A stretch of 63,465 bases of DNA, filler included, from Platydemus manokwari (taxonomy: Eukaryota), in assembly GCA_037951405.1 (NCBI GenBank). It is 5 parts of 5 records of this genome, joined end to end, with 100 filler letters (N's around TTAATTAATTAA, not from the genome) between each part and the next. Parts side by side here need not be neighbours in the genome. Positions count along the whole stretch, not along the records: positions 24,246 to 33,676 come from JBBMOY011250207.1; positions 33,777 to 53,935 come from JBBMOY011622516.1; 3 more parts are not named here. One strand, 5' to 3'. This document shows, piece after piece, positions 25,711 through 39,688 of this stretch; the first letter of the stretch is position 1, and each line of letters opens with the position of its first letter. The notes beneath the pieces were generated by a model that made no database searches, was not told the DNA's origin, and saw only the letters and a program-made list of their open reading frames with translations. The position numbers and the translations under genes were made by a program.

Positions 25711-26121
25711 TAAGTGCTTATGGCTGTTGATGAAATCAATATTCTATCAATTATTATTAAACTAAGTATAAATAAATAAAACTAGACAAGTTGGACTATA
25801 TCATGAAATAAATGACTTAAATTGTAAATACCTTCATGCATCAGAATGAATTAAATAGTAGATATTTTAAAATCTGTTGAATATATTGAGAATCTCACAC
25901 ATTAAATATGCTCTAATCAATTAGTTTTTTTTATTTATCGATTTTATTGAGTAATTCTAATATTTTCATTGTTTTAAATTAATCCTTGTAAACATTGTAA
26001 ATTAATGGTTATTGTTTAAATAATTGATTAATCGAAGTTTTGTCAATATCGATGATGCGCACAGATTGAAACAACAGTGTTTTTTGTTTATTCTTCAAAA
26101 ATAATAATGTTTGAAGGTGTA

Positions 26122-26869
26122 TCACATTAAACAACATTTCTGTTTCTGACGCGGCCGCGATTTGGTTTTCACATCATTAGTCAGTTGATGGGATCTGAAG
26201 CAAGAAAAATCATTAAATAGATCCGAACATTAAACAATCCGAATATTTTATTGATTAAAATATTGATTGGGAACAATTGTTTAACAAATCAATAAAATCA
26301 ATGAAATCAATAGAATCCATCTCACCTGATCTTACGAACAATTTGAGAAAATGCATCATCGATGTTTACTGGTGGATTTTTAGCACTGGTTTCAATAAAC
26401 TCGATCTATAATAATGGCAAATCATCATTGTTAATTTTTCATACAAGAATCTAATCAATTCACTTGAAGCTCTTTTGCTAGATCTTCGATCTCTGACAAA
26501 GTAACTTTGCGACTCGTTTCTAAATCCGTTTTATTTGCAACTAATAACATGGGAAAATGATCACGATCACGTATTCGAAGAGCACTCTGATAGAATCTGC
26601 GAATCATATCAAAACTTTCTCTTGTAGTAAGAGAAAATACGATGAGGAATCCATTGGCTGTTCTATAATAAGATTCACGCATGGAGGCAAATTCCTCTTG
26701 TCCAGCAGTATCCTGGACTAATGCCAGAATAAAGAAAACACATTCACAAATACATCCAAAACAATATCCCACCTTCTAAATTACTCCATTCACCATCCAC
26801 TTCATAATTCTTGTAATAGGTAGATTCAATTGTTGGATCATGATTTTCGACAAAAATCTTTTGCATAAA
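26122..26869 (-). CDS. MRAS: M-Ras-like small GTPase; exons 26869-26773, 26717-26464, 26405-26326, 26194-26122; P-loop segment not found
   Basis: FMQKIFVENHDPTIE, DTAGQEEF, FPMLLVANKTDL, ETSAKNPPVNIDDAF (M-Ras-type PP insertion), C-terminal CAAX CCLM*; GT-AG introns of 55, 58 and 131 bp. Confidence 0.85.
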
Positions 26870-27049
26870 CTGATTCGTAAAAAATACAAAAATAAAATTT
26901 ACAAAAAAACATTAAAAAATAATAATAAAATTATTAAATAATCGCTACATCGAATACAAATCAATATTTATGAATACACTTTATTTATAAATTATTAAAT
27001 TCAAATTAAATATTGGTAAATTTCTCAAAAATACAACCAAACCAATATC

Positions 27050-28353
27050 AACCTTGTTAACATCAATGCTGGAACAGATTCACTAATAAATCACGAGTTC
27101 ATTTAAACAAATAAAAATATCACATCACATAAAAATATTATCAAAAATAGTAAATTATTATTTCTCATAAATTTGTTCATGGCTGGTATTAATCGAGTAA
27201 GAAAAACAAATTAAACATTACATGTTGTAACAAATAACAATCCAATAGCACTCTTTGGGAAATTGTACTTCCAAAGTAGTTGCCAAATTGAAATCTAATG
27301 CCATCATCAGTGCCAGTAGAAAATATGATAAAAAAAAATCTTAGTCATTGATTCAGAAATACACTTGGCATTTATCTAATATAGCCCTCCCTTCACGATC
27401 CATGGTTGCAGAAATGATAATTTTGATTGGTGAAACCGATTTGACAAGTATACCAATATCGAAAAATATATTACAAGAATTAACCCATCTGAAAATGTAT
27501 CGACGTTTTTCATTTAAGCTTCAAAATCTCACATTTCGAAATCATTAATGATTGTTAGATAAATAGTCTGATGATTACGTCATATGTTTTAAGATTGTAA
27601 TAAACTTGTTATTCTGTTCACATCAATTAGTTGATTATTAATTTTAATAAATCGAATTATTTATCAATATTGTTTTACATGGTAACTGGATATTCAACAT
27701 TTATTCATGTCATAAATTGTTTTTAACTCAAACCATTTTCAGAATTGATTTTTTATAAAAATAAAATTTTATTAATTCAAATCAAAATCATTGATCAATG
27801 CACAATAAATCAATACAATTATTAAAATATTTTAACCTGAAATGATCATGAAGAATTGTTATAAAAATTATTTAATAGTTTATACTAACACAATAATTAT
27901 AATGTGATTGAGTGATGATTATATAATCGCAATTATAATTTGAGAGGAAAATGAAAAATCCGACAAAATTTAATCATCAATATCCCACAAATGATGAATA
28001 TAATATGAGTCATATAATCAATATCAGAAATAAAAGACAATATTACACATTTTCAATGTTCATCAACAGCAAAATAATAAGGAAATAGATTGACATTAAA
28101 GAAGATAAGAAGAAAACTCTTTACTTTCATTGATCAATTCGATGTAAATAATGAATACCGTGAATATAGAAAAAATCCAATGAATATATTAATTGATTAT
28201 AAGGATAATTAAATTGGAAAAAAGACAAATTGCAAATGAACGAAGCAATATATAATTCTATTAATTGAGTTAATCTCTCTACAAGCAATCCCAAACAATC
28301 CAATTATATTTGCATGTCAATGAAGAATATATAAAAATAGATCATGATTCAGA

Positions 28354-28391
<38 letters not shown>

Positions 28392-29945
28392 ATTGTCGAT
28401 CATTGATTTTTATTCCGATTATTATATATAACCACATGAATAATGATAATGATTGTCAATAGTATTATTTCTAAACCAATTATTAGAACATCACAAAACA
28501 CTAACTGAGAACGAATATTACAAGAAAATATTATTATGAGTGGCCAGACGAACTACAATAAATGAAAGATGATTTATTCAGAATTAACAAATATTTCTGA
28601 TTATCTTTGTTTCTGTTTAAGTTCTGATAAATCAGTTGATAAAGATATAAGATGAAATATTAGTTATTCATCCATATAGTCTCTCACTTAACTACTCATA
28701 ATAATACCAACTAAGACAATGGTGTATCTCAAAATTAAAATTTATATTTCTAATAAAAAGAAAACTAAAACAAATATTAAATTTAAATTTTTTGAATAAA
28801 TTATTAGAGATTATTATTATTACTAATTTTCTCTTTCAAATAACGATCAAAGTTAAGGGAAAAGAATCACAGTATCGACTATTTCATTATCAAATATATC
28901 ACATTGAAATCATTCATCAGCCAGTAAAGTATTTTTGAGTGTAAAATTCATTTATTCCGATAATATACAAGTTTCCAATCAGATTTACACTTAATAGAAA
29001 ATTAGATTTCACTCCAATATCCACTTTCTATCTCAATTCATCGCGTTTAATCCCAATCACTAGTTCTCAAACCTTTGCATTTGCGAACCACAAATCATCA
29101 ATTGTATTTTAAATCTTTGTACATATCTATATGTGTGTGTTGCCGAATGCAAAAATAATGCCAAACCAATATTTAAGATTGATATCTGCATGACTTCTTT
29201 ACATTTTCAATATCCCAGTTGCAAAACCATTGATATAAGAATTATTTGGCAGACAGAAATAATTTATCATCAGGAATCTATTTTGAAAATTCGAATATAT
29301 TATTTCATCAATTTGATATCATAACATATCATTTCTTTATCCAATAAATCTTTCCAAACAACCTGTAATTTCATTGTCAGAATCATTATACATGCATTGT
29401 GTCAATATATAGTTAAAAAGCTATTGTATTCATTGAAAAAATCGACGTAAAAATATCTAGTGCATCCAAAGATATAATTTATAATCTGAAAAAGTTCTCA
29501 TTTATCTAACTCTACGAATATCGAATATGAGAATATTTATTCTGTTTTATCTTCCTGCCATTAGATAAGTTTGATGATCAATAAACGATTGGAAAGACTC
29601 GGATAATTAATCTTGGTTGACCAATGAAAACCAATTTATGAAATTATTCTGTTTTCAAATAATTATTCAAATAACGATTGGAAAATAAAATTGAATTTCT
29701 ATATTTCAGTCGTTTTCATTTCATTATACACATTTGTTTTCACTTCTTTAGTCTTTATATATTGTTTTAAGCCTGCCGATTTCGTACAAGTATATAACAT
29801 TATTGTTGGTGTTCAAACTGATCTAATAAATTCAATTTATCAAAACATTAGATAATAAATATTTTAGAGAATATTAAATTATACTTAGCCATTCCAAAAC
29901 ACTAATAATGCTATACATCAAATAAATAAATTAATTCATGCCATT
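27050..29945 (-). pseudogene. ELP2: Degenerate WD40 gene resembling Elongator subunit ELP2
   Basis: Collinear fragments SVLEW (~GVLNW), NNNVIYLYEIGRLKT (~SVVLYDPLKRVV), WVNS..PIKIIISATMD (~WVNA..PVRLLSASMD), STGTDDGIR (~TVGTDQTTR), SVPALML/NK (~VPALGLSNKA); many stops and deletions. Confidence 0.45.
28353..28389. repeat. (AAT)n microsatellite
   Basis: Direct observation. Confidence 0.95.
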
Positions 29946-31202
29946 ACGGTAAAGATATTGCAATTTCAAATATTTTTTTTAAATAATACGATAATTTCTT
30001 GGACAGTTTTCGGTTATACATGATTTCATTCCAATAATAAATCTTCCTATTGGAATTATATATAAATCTTTCCCAAAAATGGCAAATTTTGTTTATATAA
30101 TAAATTTAGAATAAATTACGACAATAGTTTGATATAACAATTGATAAATCCCTTTATAACTCAGGAATAAATAAACGAACATTTTAAATTTAGTTTTCAT
30201 TAGTTTTCCTTTTAAATAATATATTTATTGCTGTATCAGTAAGCAAATAATTTACAGCAAAGAATTAACAAATTGAGTCATCCATCTGTCATAACCTTTT
30301 AATATATTCTATAAATCACATATTTTTATGATAAGAATATCGAAATATACATTTTTATGCGAAAATCCCTAACTATGTAAAATGTTCAAAAAAATAAGAT
30401 TGTTCTTAATGACATTTCCGATAATAAATAGTCATAAAATCGGCTAAGGTGATAATTTTGTAATTCTCTTTTAAGCTTTGTAATAACCATCTTTGAATAA
30501 ATCAGCTTCTAATTATTTACCAAAATCTAGTTCTTTTTCAGGATATATTTATTAAAGAATCCTGATATTTATTTGGAATTACATGGAATGCTAGAAAATT
30601 GGGGAAACGTAATTTGGCTTAATTGTAATATTATAATGAAAATCTTTAATATAAATAAAATTTTAACAGGGTAATTAATACAGATATCTTCTAACGCTGT
30701 CTTGGTTATTAAAATATAATAGAAATAAATTGAAATACCATTTGATGGATACTTTAAGAATAAGTAATAATTTAAGCTAATATTAATATTAATAATAAAT
30801 AATTTACTCATCCTGAATAGAATGTTTGTGATTCTAAAGCAATGTTGGACATTTAAACAAGAGATTAAATCACGATACGTTTTAAATTAATAATATATAA
30901 TTTAGCATTTCATGGCATCACTTAATATTTATAAAAATAGGAATGTTATTCAAACTAGAGATAGTTTTTGGGTCTATTAAAATGTGAATATATTTAATAA
31001 AATTTTTAGTAGATATTAAGCCTTTATGAAGTGAAAAAATCTCCTATTAATTATTTTTATTAGAAAAATGTCCAAATCAAACACCATTTATCAAATGTAA
31101 CAACAAACATTCTATATACCAATTGATTTAAGTTTCCAATATCTATTAATTCTCGTGAAATAAATGAGGTGAAAAAACAATCCTTATTGTGATGCTATAA
31201 GA

Positions 31203-31516
31203 GCTCTTGCCCCTTCACACTATTACATTTTTTCTCTTATGAAATCTCACCTCTTGGGAAAACGTATATTTACGCTAAACAGGTTAACGATTATTTGGAA
31301 AAGTAGTTCGCTTCAAAACCATCGGAATTCTATGAAAACGACATAAAACAACTTCCAGAACGCTGGCAAAAGTGTGCAGGCCTTAAAGGTGATTATTTTC
31401 AACATTTCAGATTTACAGACGAAAGATGTTTCGCTTATATTTCTCGATTTACATATTTTCTTTGTTGGTTAAATGAATATTATTTTCTATCGGACAAGAC
31501 TTTCGTTCCAATCCTA
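31203..31516 (+). mobile_element. Mariner 3' end: transposase C-terminus plus right TIR
   Basis: LAPSHYYIF..FASKPSEFYENDIKQLPERWQKC..GDYF; terminal ggacaagactttcgttccaatccta next to TA. Confidence 0.8.
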
Positions 31517-33676
31517 TATTATACATTCTAAATTCCATTGCGTGTCTTAATTTGCGAGAATAGTATAGATCTTTATATCTACATAAGATTATAGTTCGAT
31601 TTTATTATTCTATAATTTAAAGAGAATCGTTTTTGGAAATTGGATATTGGTAAGTATAGCAATGAAAATTTACAGATCTATATTCCACGGATGCATTAAA
31701 ATCGTTATAAAATTTTGAATTATTATTATGGTAAAATGTGAAACAATAAGAGATTGTCAAAAAAATTTCAAAATAATAAAGTGATGCCAAAACAACGTAT
31801 ATAGCTTAGATTAGTAGAGAACGCATCACATACTGATTCTGTAATTTAAAAAATAATAAAATTAATACGAATTAAATTTATTTCTATTACTTATTTACTA
31901 TATTTACAGAACTCTATTTCAACAATTAAATTTAAAACTAGGAATATAAAATTCATTTTTGAAAATCTAACCTTTAATATATATATACAATATTAAAATA
32001 TTTTGTTTGAAAATTTTGTCGAAAAATAGCTTCTCTGGCAATCAATACCAAACATATGCTTAGATAAGGATGTTAATGTAAAATGACGATAATATCATCA
32101 TAATAGCCAGGCACCGCAATAACAACATTTGAATAAACACTGTTTTGAAGATTTCATTTGAAGGCGAAATCGAAATAAAGTCAGCTGACAGAACCAATTG
32201 ATCATGATTAATACCAAAAAAAGTCAAGTCATCATGCAGGAATGTTGTGTGATGAATGTGTTATTGTATTTATAGAAATGATGACATCTTATTTGTGCCA
32301 TACGGTTTATAATTGTCATTACTAAGGAATGATGCAAACACGCCAATATTTTCTATCGCTAACATCAAGATGCGCGAATACGTTAACATACGTACACACA
32401 ATCAGAGAATTAGAACTTGATAGCATTCATTAAGTGGCTAATTTTGTACCATTGTCTCGTTTTAGATTTTTATCGTGAGAAATTCTATTTGGAAAATTAC
32501 TAGCCAATTAATAAAAATTATCAATAGTGAAGTGCTAAATCCAATATGGTATATTATCACAAATGTTAGGAAATATTTGTGAATTAACTATTTTAATAAC
32601 ATTCATTTTCGATAACTAATTATGAAGTGTAATACCGAGCATTGGTGATACCAGTGTTCGTTATTGATCCGTTTTATCATACATTATTATTTTATTATCA
32701 AATCGAAAAAAGACATTAACCACTTTAAAAATATGACACTTAGAATATATTCACATGACTGACAGTAAAGTTTGGTCTAATTAACGGTCACGATATACTT
32801 GTATAAAATTTGTAATTCTGGCATCAAAAACAAATGAAGCAATTGACATTTAAACTTATACCACGTGATTCTAAAAAAAAATTTTAATCACAATTCCTAA
32901 ATTGCTAAAACCGATTTCCTAAATGAAAATTTATTGAAAAAACAATCTTATTATAATCAGATTAGTACATTGCTTTTTCTCAAAATAAGTTTAGAAAACT
33001 TGATCACATACCCATTTGAATATGGAAACATAATATTTAGTTAATAAAGTACAATATAAATTTCAATTCCTCAGTTAAAAACAATAATTTACAATATTTT
33101 CTCATCATTGACTAAGAATTTAAAAAAGAAAATTTATAAATAATAAAGATTTTTCCTATATAAAAATGAATTACGAAAAAAAACGTTTCATTAATAAATA
33201 AATTCTCTAACATAATTCGAAAAACATAGTCATAGAGAAAATCAACAAATTCCAGCGTATTAATAAATATAAATATTTCTCCTATAATGAAATCAGAAAC
33301 TCCGCCTTACAAAAAGTACTTTCATACCGACGTCAAGAAACTAATTTCATGTAATAACCCATCAAATAAACAGTAATAGCCGCGGGTTTATTTCTGGTAA
33401 TATTATTACAGTTTGCTTTTCACACATTTAGTGTAAACATTAAAAATATAATGCTTTAGCAAATATTCTTCAAATAAATAAAATTTCAGATAATTTTATA
33501 CATCATTCATACAAACATAAGAATTATATTTATCAAATAATGCATTTTTAAATTCTTTTTCATCATTAAACATGGAAATTATAAATTCCTTCAATTTATT
33601 TTTCTTTCACTATTTTTAATTATCCTTTTAAAGACGAATAAAAATTAAATATTTATAGAATATGTAGTTTCATAAT

Positions 33677-33776
33677 NNNNNNNNNNNNNNNNNNNNNNNN
33701 NNNNNNNNNNNNNNNNNNNNTTAATTAATTAANNNNNNNNNNNNNNNNNNNNNNNNNNNNNNNNNNNNNNNNNNNN
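33677..33776. other. Artificial scaffold linker
   Basis: 44 N + ttaattaattaa + 44 N. Confidence 0.97.
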
Positions 33777-35125
33777 TAAATAAAAACAATGCTATATAAA
33801 TATGTAATTAATAATTAAAACTAATTCCACATCTAAATTTCTTATCTCAGAATGAGACAAAAATTACAATGAAATAATAATCGGGAATGCGTAATGTGTG
33901 TACAATTATTCACATAGTTTAGAAATTTGCAAAATAAATAATTATAATATCTAATTTATAACAAACTATTATTATAAAATTTGAAAATTCGACAAATGAT
34001 TATATAATTCTAATAAATTTAAATTCATAAGCCAACATGACAAACACGTATTTTAGGTAATTAAAGCTTAATGAACATTTTGTAACAATATTTGAAACTG
34101 TTGAAACTATATATAAACAAGTTTGATGATGTATCTCAAATTGATTAAAGCTATATATAACAATCGAATCATTTTAGTTTCATTGATGATACTAATAAAT
34201 CTTCATATGATACATTTCAATAAGCGTACAAAACAAGTCCAATTTAGTTCAATAAGTACTACATGTTCGATTTTATTGTAATTAAATGTGTACTAAAGGT
34301 GTATCAAGTTTCTATTGTACGAGTAAATTTATCAGAATCATTATAATAAAAGCACAACCCAAAAGGCTAAGTTAATTGCAATTATGAGTATTGTTTTCAG
34401 ACAAAAACAGCACAATTCAAACTGTTAAAAAATATATTTTATTATTAAAAATATTTATAGTTAATATTTTTGTAAAATAAAAAACAATCCCTCGATAATA
34501 TCACCTACATGCTTGTTATCACTAGCTTTGCATTTTTCCGTTATTTCACACCACAAAATGATGACCCCAAATTTACAGTAATTAGTATAATAAGATCTTC
34601 TATCAAAATATATTTAATTCGATGCTGGATTAATCATTCAAATATGTTTAATTAAAATTAAAATTCTAATTATAGCCAGTATTGCAATAAAATTCTTTTT
34701 CAAATAAACATTTCATAAACAGTCAATAAATTTGATAAAATAATTTGTAGAAAAAGAACTAAAAATCGTTTGCTTTGCAACAATGGCCGTGAAATGTTAA
34801 ACAGAGATTTCAGTGGTTAAAAAGGAAAAGAAATATTGATCAATCCCATTTGTTGTTAGATAGACGTTATTTTCTATATACGAAGAATACATGACTGCTT
34901 AATTGTCAATACAATGTATTTCACTGACTATTCTATGTAGAGTTTTCCGGAACGATATTTACATATATACACACTATAAAATCAATAAAACTTTATAAAC
35001 AATTGTTCATAGTCTCCGAAAAATGTCTATTATTGATTATTAATAAGTAACAAATTATTAATCATTTCATTAATTGCCTTTAAATTTTTCAAATAATTTT
35101 TTTAATTAAAATTTCTTTAATATTA

Positions 35126-35820
<695 letters not shown>

Positions 35821-38575
35821 TTTTACTCTTTCAAAAATAATTCTCTAAAACCGTTAAAATGAAAGTATTAGTCACAACAAAGTAAATATAAATCACTCTG
35901 TATAAACAAATCGATTCAGTTAAGTCTTGTTACTTAAATTATTATAATGAAAATGCTTTCATTCAAACTAAAATATTTTGAAAGTCAGGTATACAATCAT
36001 AATTAGTTTACAAATCAGTTTATAAATTTTTCACTTAAAAATATATTTTATAATTTCTTTAACCTTATTATTAGCATTCATAAATTTCCTTTTATTTAAA
36101 TGATTATTTAGTCAAATAATTATTCAGAATATCTAATAAATATTATAGGATAGTCGTATTCAAAATGAATTGATATTGTGTTAATTTCCGTTTTCTTTTA
36201 AAAATGTCAAGACTCTTCTTTTATTTGATAAGAATGGTTTAATAAGTTTTCTATCTATTAATTAATTTGTCAATATGATACAAAGCAAAATTCTAAGTTT
36301 AACTTTTGAACTTTTAATAAATTGAGAATGTTTCATTCAAACTATATACGTAGTATGTGTGACAAAAATAAGTAATGTACGTACTAAAACTACGGAATAA
36401 TCCTTAAAAGAGTCGATACACAGACTGGATCAAAGCTCGTGACAGTAGACACTAGATGCCTCTAAGATTTTAATCTATAAATAGAATTTGACTGTCCGCT
36501 GATGCATACCAACAACAAAACTTAGAGATACGCTAATGACATGAGAAACAGAAGAAAATCTACTATTAAACTAGTATGTAGACGGTTCTAACAAATGAAA
36601 AAAGTAAAGTTACAGGACAATAGATGAGTACACACCGCAAGTCTGTAAAAGAAGCTCTATCTCGAGAGCCACTATCGGTGCCAGTCAACATTTTATATAT
36701 AATAATGTTTTGTGTAATTTTTCTGACGGCTAGTCTTTTGTGGTCTTTATTTCCACCCGCTGTTTATCTATTGTGAATTGATAATTAATTTCGTTCTTTG
36801 ATTTTAATTCAGAATCCGAACGTTAAGGCCCAAACCGCTTTCCTGACATTTTTAGATGATAAAAATGACAGTGATATACTGGGAATACAATTAATAATCT
36901 TTTAATATGGAAACATATTATTAAATATATGCTATGATGGGGTATTTTATATTAGCTATTACTGGTTCTAGAGGGTTTAATTTACCCGTATTAGAACAGA
37001 GTTACAGGAAAATTTACTAAAATATCTAAAGAGTTTGAAGTTTTAAAGTTTGACTGTTACACAAGGACTGTTTGTACCATTTTGTGCTAAACGTATACAG
37101 TAATCAATCAATGTAAATACCTATATTCGACATGCGTATAGAGTAACAATAACACCATTAATATTAATAGGATTTATATAGGAAATCCAAAATTGAACAA
37201 GATTCGAAAAAACCACAAAAATTGCCAAAATTCACAACGCACCACTCAAGTAGATCATTAAACCAAATGGAAGTCTCTATTAATACAAATTTATTTTAAT
37301 TAATAAATTATTAAAATAGTTACGACAGTTAACGATAGTGTTATTAAATATAGTATAAAATTTATTCTCCCTCAAAAGATTTAGATAATTTATAAATGAT
37401 TTTCTATTGTTTGATTTGAGTTTAAAATACTTACATACAAAACGATATTGATTAATTCTTATATATCGAAAGGGTTTTATTTAAAATCTTTAACTTATCT
37501 GGACTTCAAAAGATAAGATTGTTGGTGCAGTTTCATCCTCGGTAATAATTAAAATAATATTTAAAATATAGATAATAATTATATCAGAATTGATAGATCA
37601 GAATTCAATAAATTAAAATAAGTTTAAATATACTTTTAAATATACAGAATACTCGAGATAAAGTATATTGTGTGTAGTCTAGGTGGCCGAACAAATCATT
37701 CGATAAAAAATGAAAGTGGTTAATCAATCATGGATACTCATTATGAGATTTTGAAAAACCACAGGGCTAGGACCGGCTCCGGGTTTGCAGTTAATTACAA
37801 TAACAATAAAATATTTACTCATTATGTAATTAAAAGTTTGCTCATTTCTGAATGCTGAGTTGATGTGTGGATTACAAAGAATACGTTCTGGGTATCTGTT
37901 TCGTAGGTGCCTATGTCGACAAGTGAGAAGATATCGAAGTTTCCATTTGATTTGCCTTTGCATTAGTATATTTTAATATTATACTGTTGTTGTTTGAGCT
38001 CACAATAAATGAGCCTAGACGCTGTATGTCAATGGTGCGAAAGGTATTGCAAGGACCGTTGGTGCATGAGCATATGTATCTAGTGACCATAGGTAAAAGT
38101 TCGGAACCCTTCTGCAATATGTACTATGGCCAATACCACAAGATGGGTAAAAGCATAATTTCTTTTGTCGTTTATCAGACGACGACTGAAGTAATCGAAA
38201 GCGTATTTTTTCGCATCATTGTCCCAGAACTCCTCCAATGAAAAAACCGCTTTTATCAGTTATAATTATGAAGATTTTGGTTATATTCTAATGCCCAACA
38301 GACAATGTACTGAAGACAAAAATGAATCAGCAGAATGTGACGCTTAATAGTCCGTGCATCATCTAAAGAGCAAAAGAGAAAGTATTTTTGATCTTCTAGG
38401 ATATTTATAAGATTTTACTGAGATATTACAGACTCATGAAAATGGATTTGTCTGCTCATGATTACAAAAAAACGAATCTCCAGTTACCATGTTTTATCGT
38501 TTAAAATTAAATGAAATGTTTGAAAACTGTGTTCAATATAATAAAATTTTCTTCATGAAACTAAAAAATGGTTAC

Positions 38576-39688
38576 TTTTGGGCTTCATTGATTTTATTGT
38601 TTTATTAAGCTTAATTCTATTTAATATCACTATCGTCTAAATCAGTCTCTATGAGCTCTTGATTAAAGCAATAGGTGTAATCTACATTATTTTATTGAAT
38701 CTTCACCTCGCACAACATTTTTGTGTAAAAACTATAGGTGTGACAATAGTGTAACAATCAGTCTCAATAAATGTAACCTTTGAAAATTACTAACAATGGT
38801 ACCAATGACAATGAAAAATGATTTATGATCCCTATTTATTAAATAACTAAGACTTACTACTGCAAATATTTATTAACAATTAACATCGATACTAATTGAT
38901 TAACAATTATAAAATGAAAATTACAAATGGATTTTAATTCTACACTATAAATCAACTTATAACGAACCTAAACAATCTCTCAGAATAAAGCAACGGTTTA
39001 TCAACCCCACCCTCTTGGGGCTAAAGATATTTGAGACAAAGCTCGATAATTACAGATAATATAATATTGATCGGTAGTTTATATAAATGTATCTTACTGT
39101 AGGGTCTTCCAGTGAAATACTGGGAATATAGGAAATCCTGATCTTTGACACTCGATGGTCTTCTATCGTGCGGTTCTGAATGCCGAATAATGTGCCCTAT
39201 CCCCGGTTTTCAGTAATCAGTTTTTGTGACAGTTTTAATTGTAATTGATGCCTTATAAAGGCCTTGATGAGACACTCGCAGATATTCTCTGTGATTAAAT
39301 TTAATGCTAGTGTATTTTTTATTTTCTTGCTGGAATTTATTTATCGGTGCGATAATATATTGCATGTTGTTATTTTATAAATTAATTTATTATTTATGGA
39401 ATTTCAATGGATTTGTTCTAGGTGGGTTTTATTAATATTATTATTTTACATATTTGTAGATAATAATTATTATAAATACTAATATATTGTGCTATTTTAA
39501 GCTAATTGCACCCAAATATTCTGAGAGTTATTAAAATATAAAAATACACACTGATTAAAAAAAATAATACAATAAAAGTTAATGCACTTATCATATGTTG
39601 GCATGCATAAAAATATTATTATAAAAATTGTTACAAAATATTTCACATAGTTTTAGTCTAAATTAACAATTTGGTCAAAACCCCAAGA
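38576..39688 (-). mobile_element. Dispersed repeat family A, second copy (probable solo LTR)
   Basis: Collinear with 1-945; decayed ttggg..ccccaaga termini; TATA-like box on the - strand near 39250. Confidence 0.6.

Noticed and set aside
27360-27430. KIIISATMDREGRAILDKCQ as a divergent Ras P-loop exon
   Set aside because: No GxxxxGKS; fits the WD40 SASMD motif of ELP2 better
37700-38500. Gag/protease relic (also 49640-50460)
   Set aside because: GC-richer and probably retroelement-derived, but no motif clear enough to call
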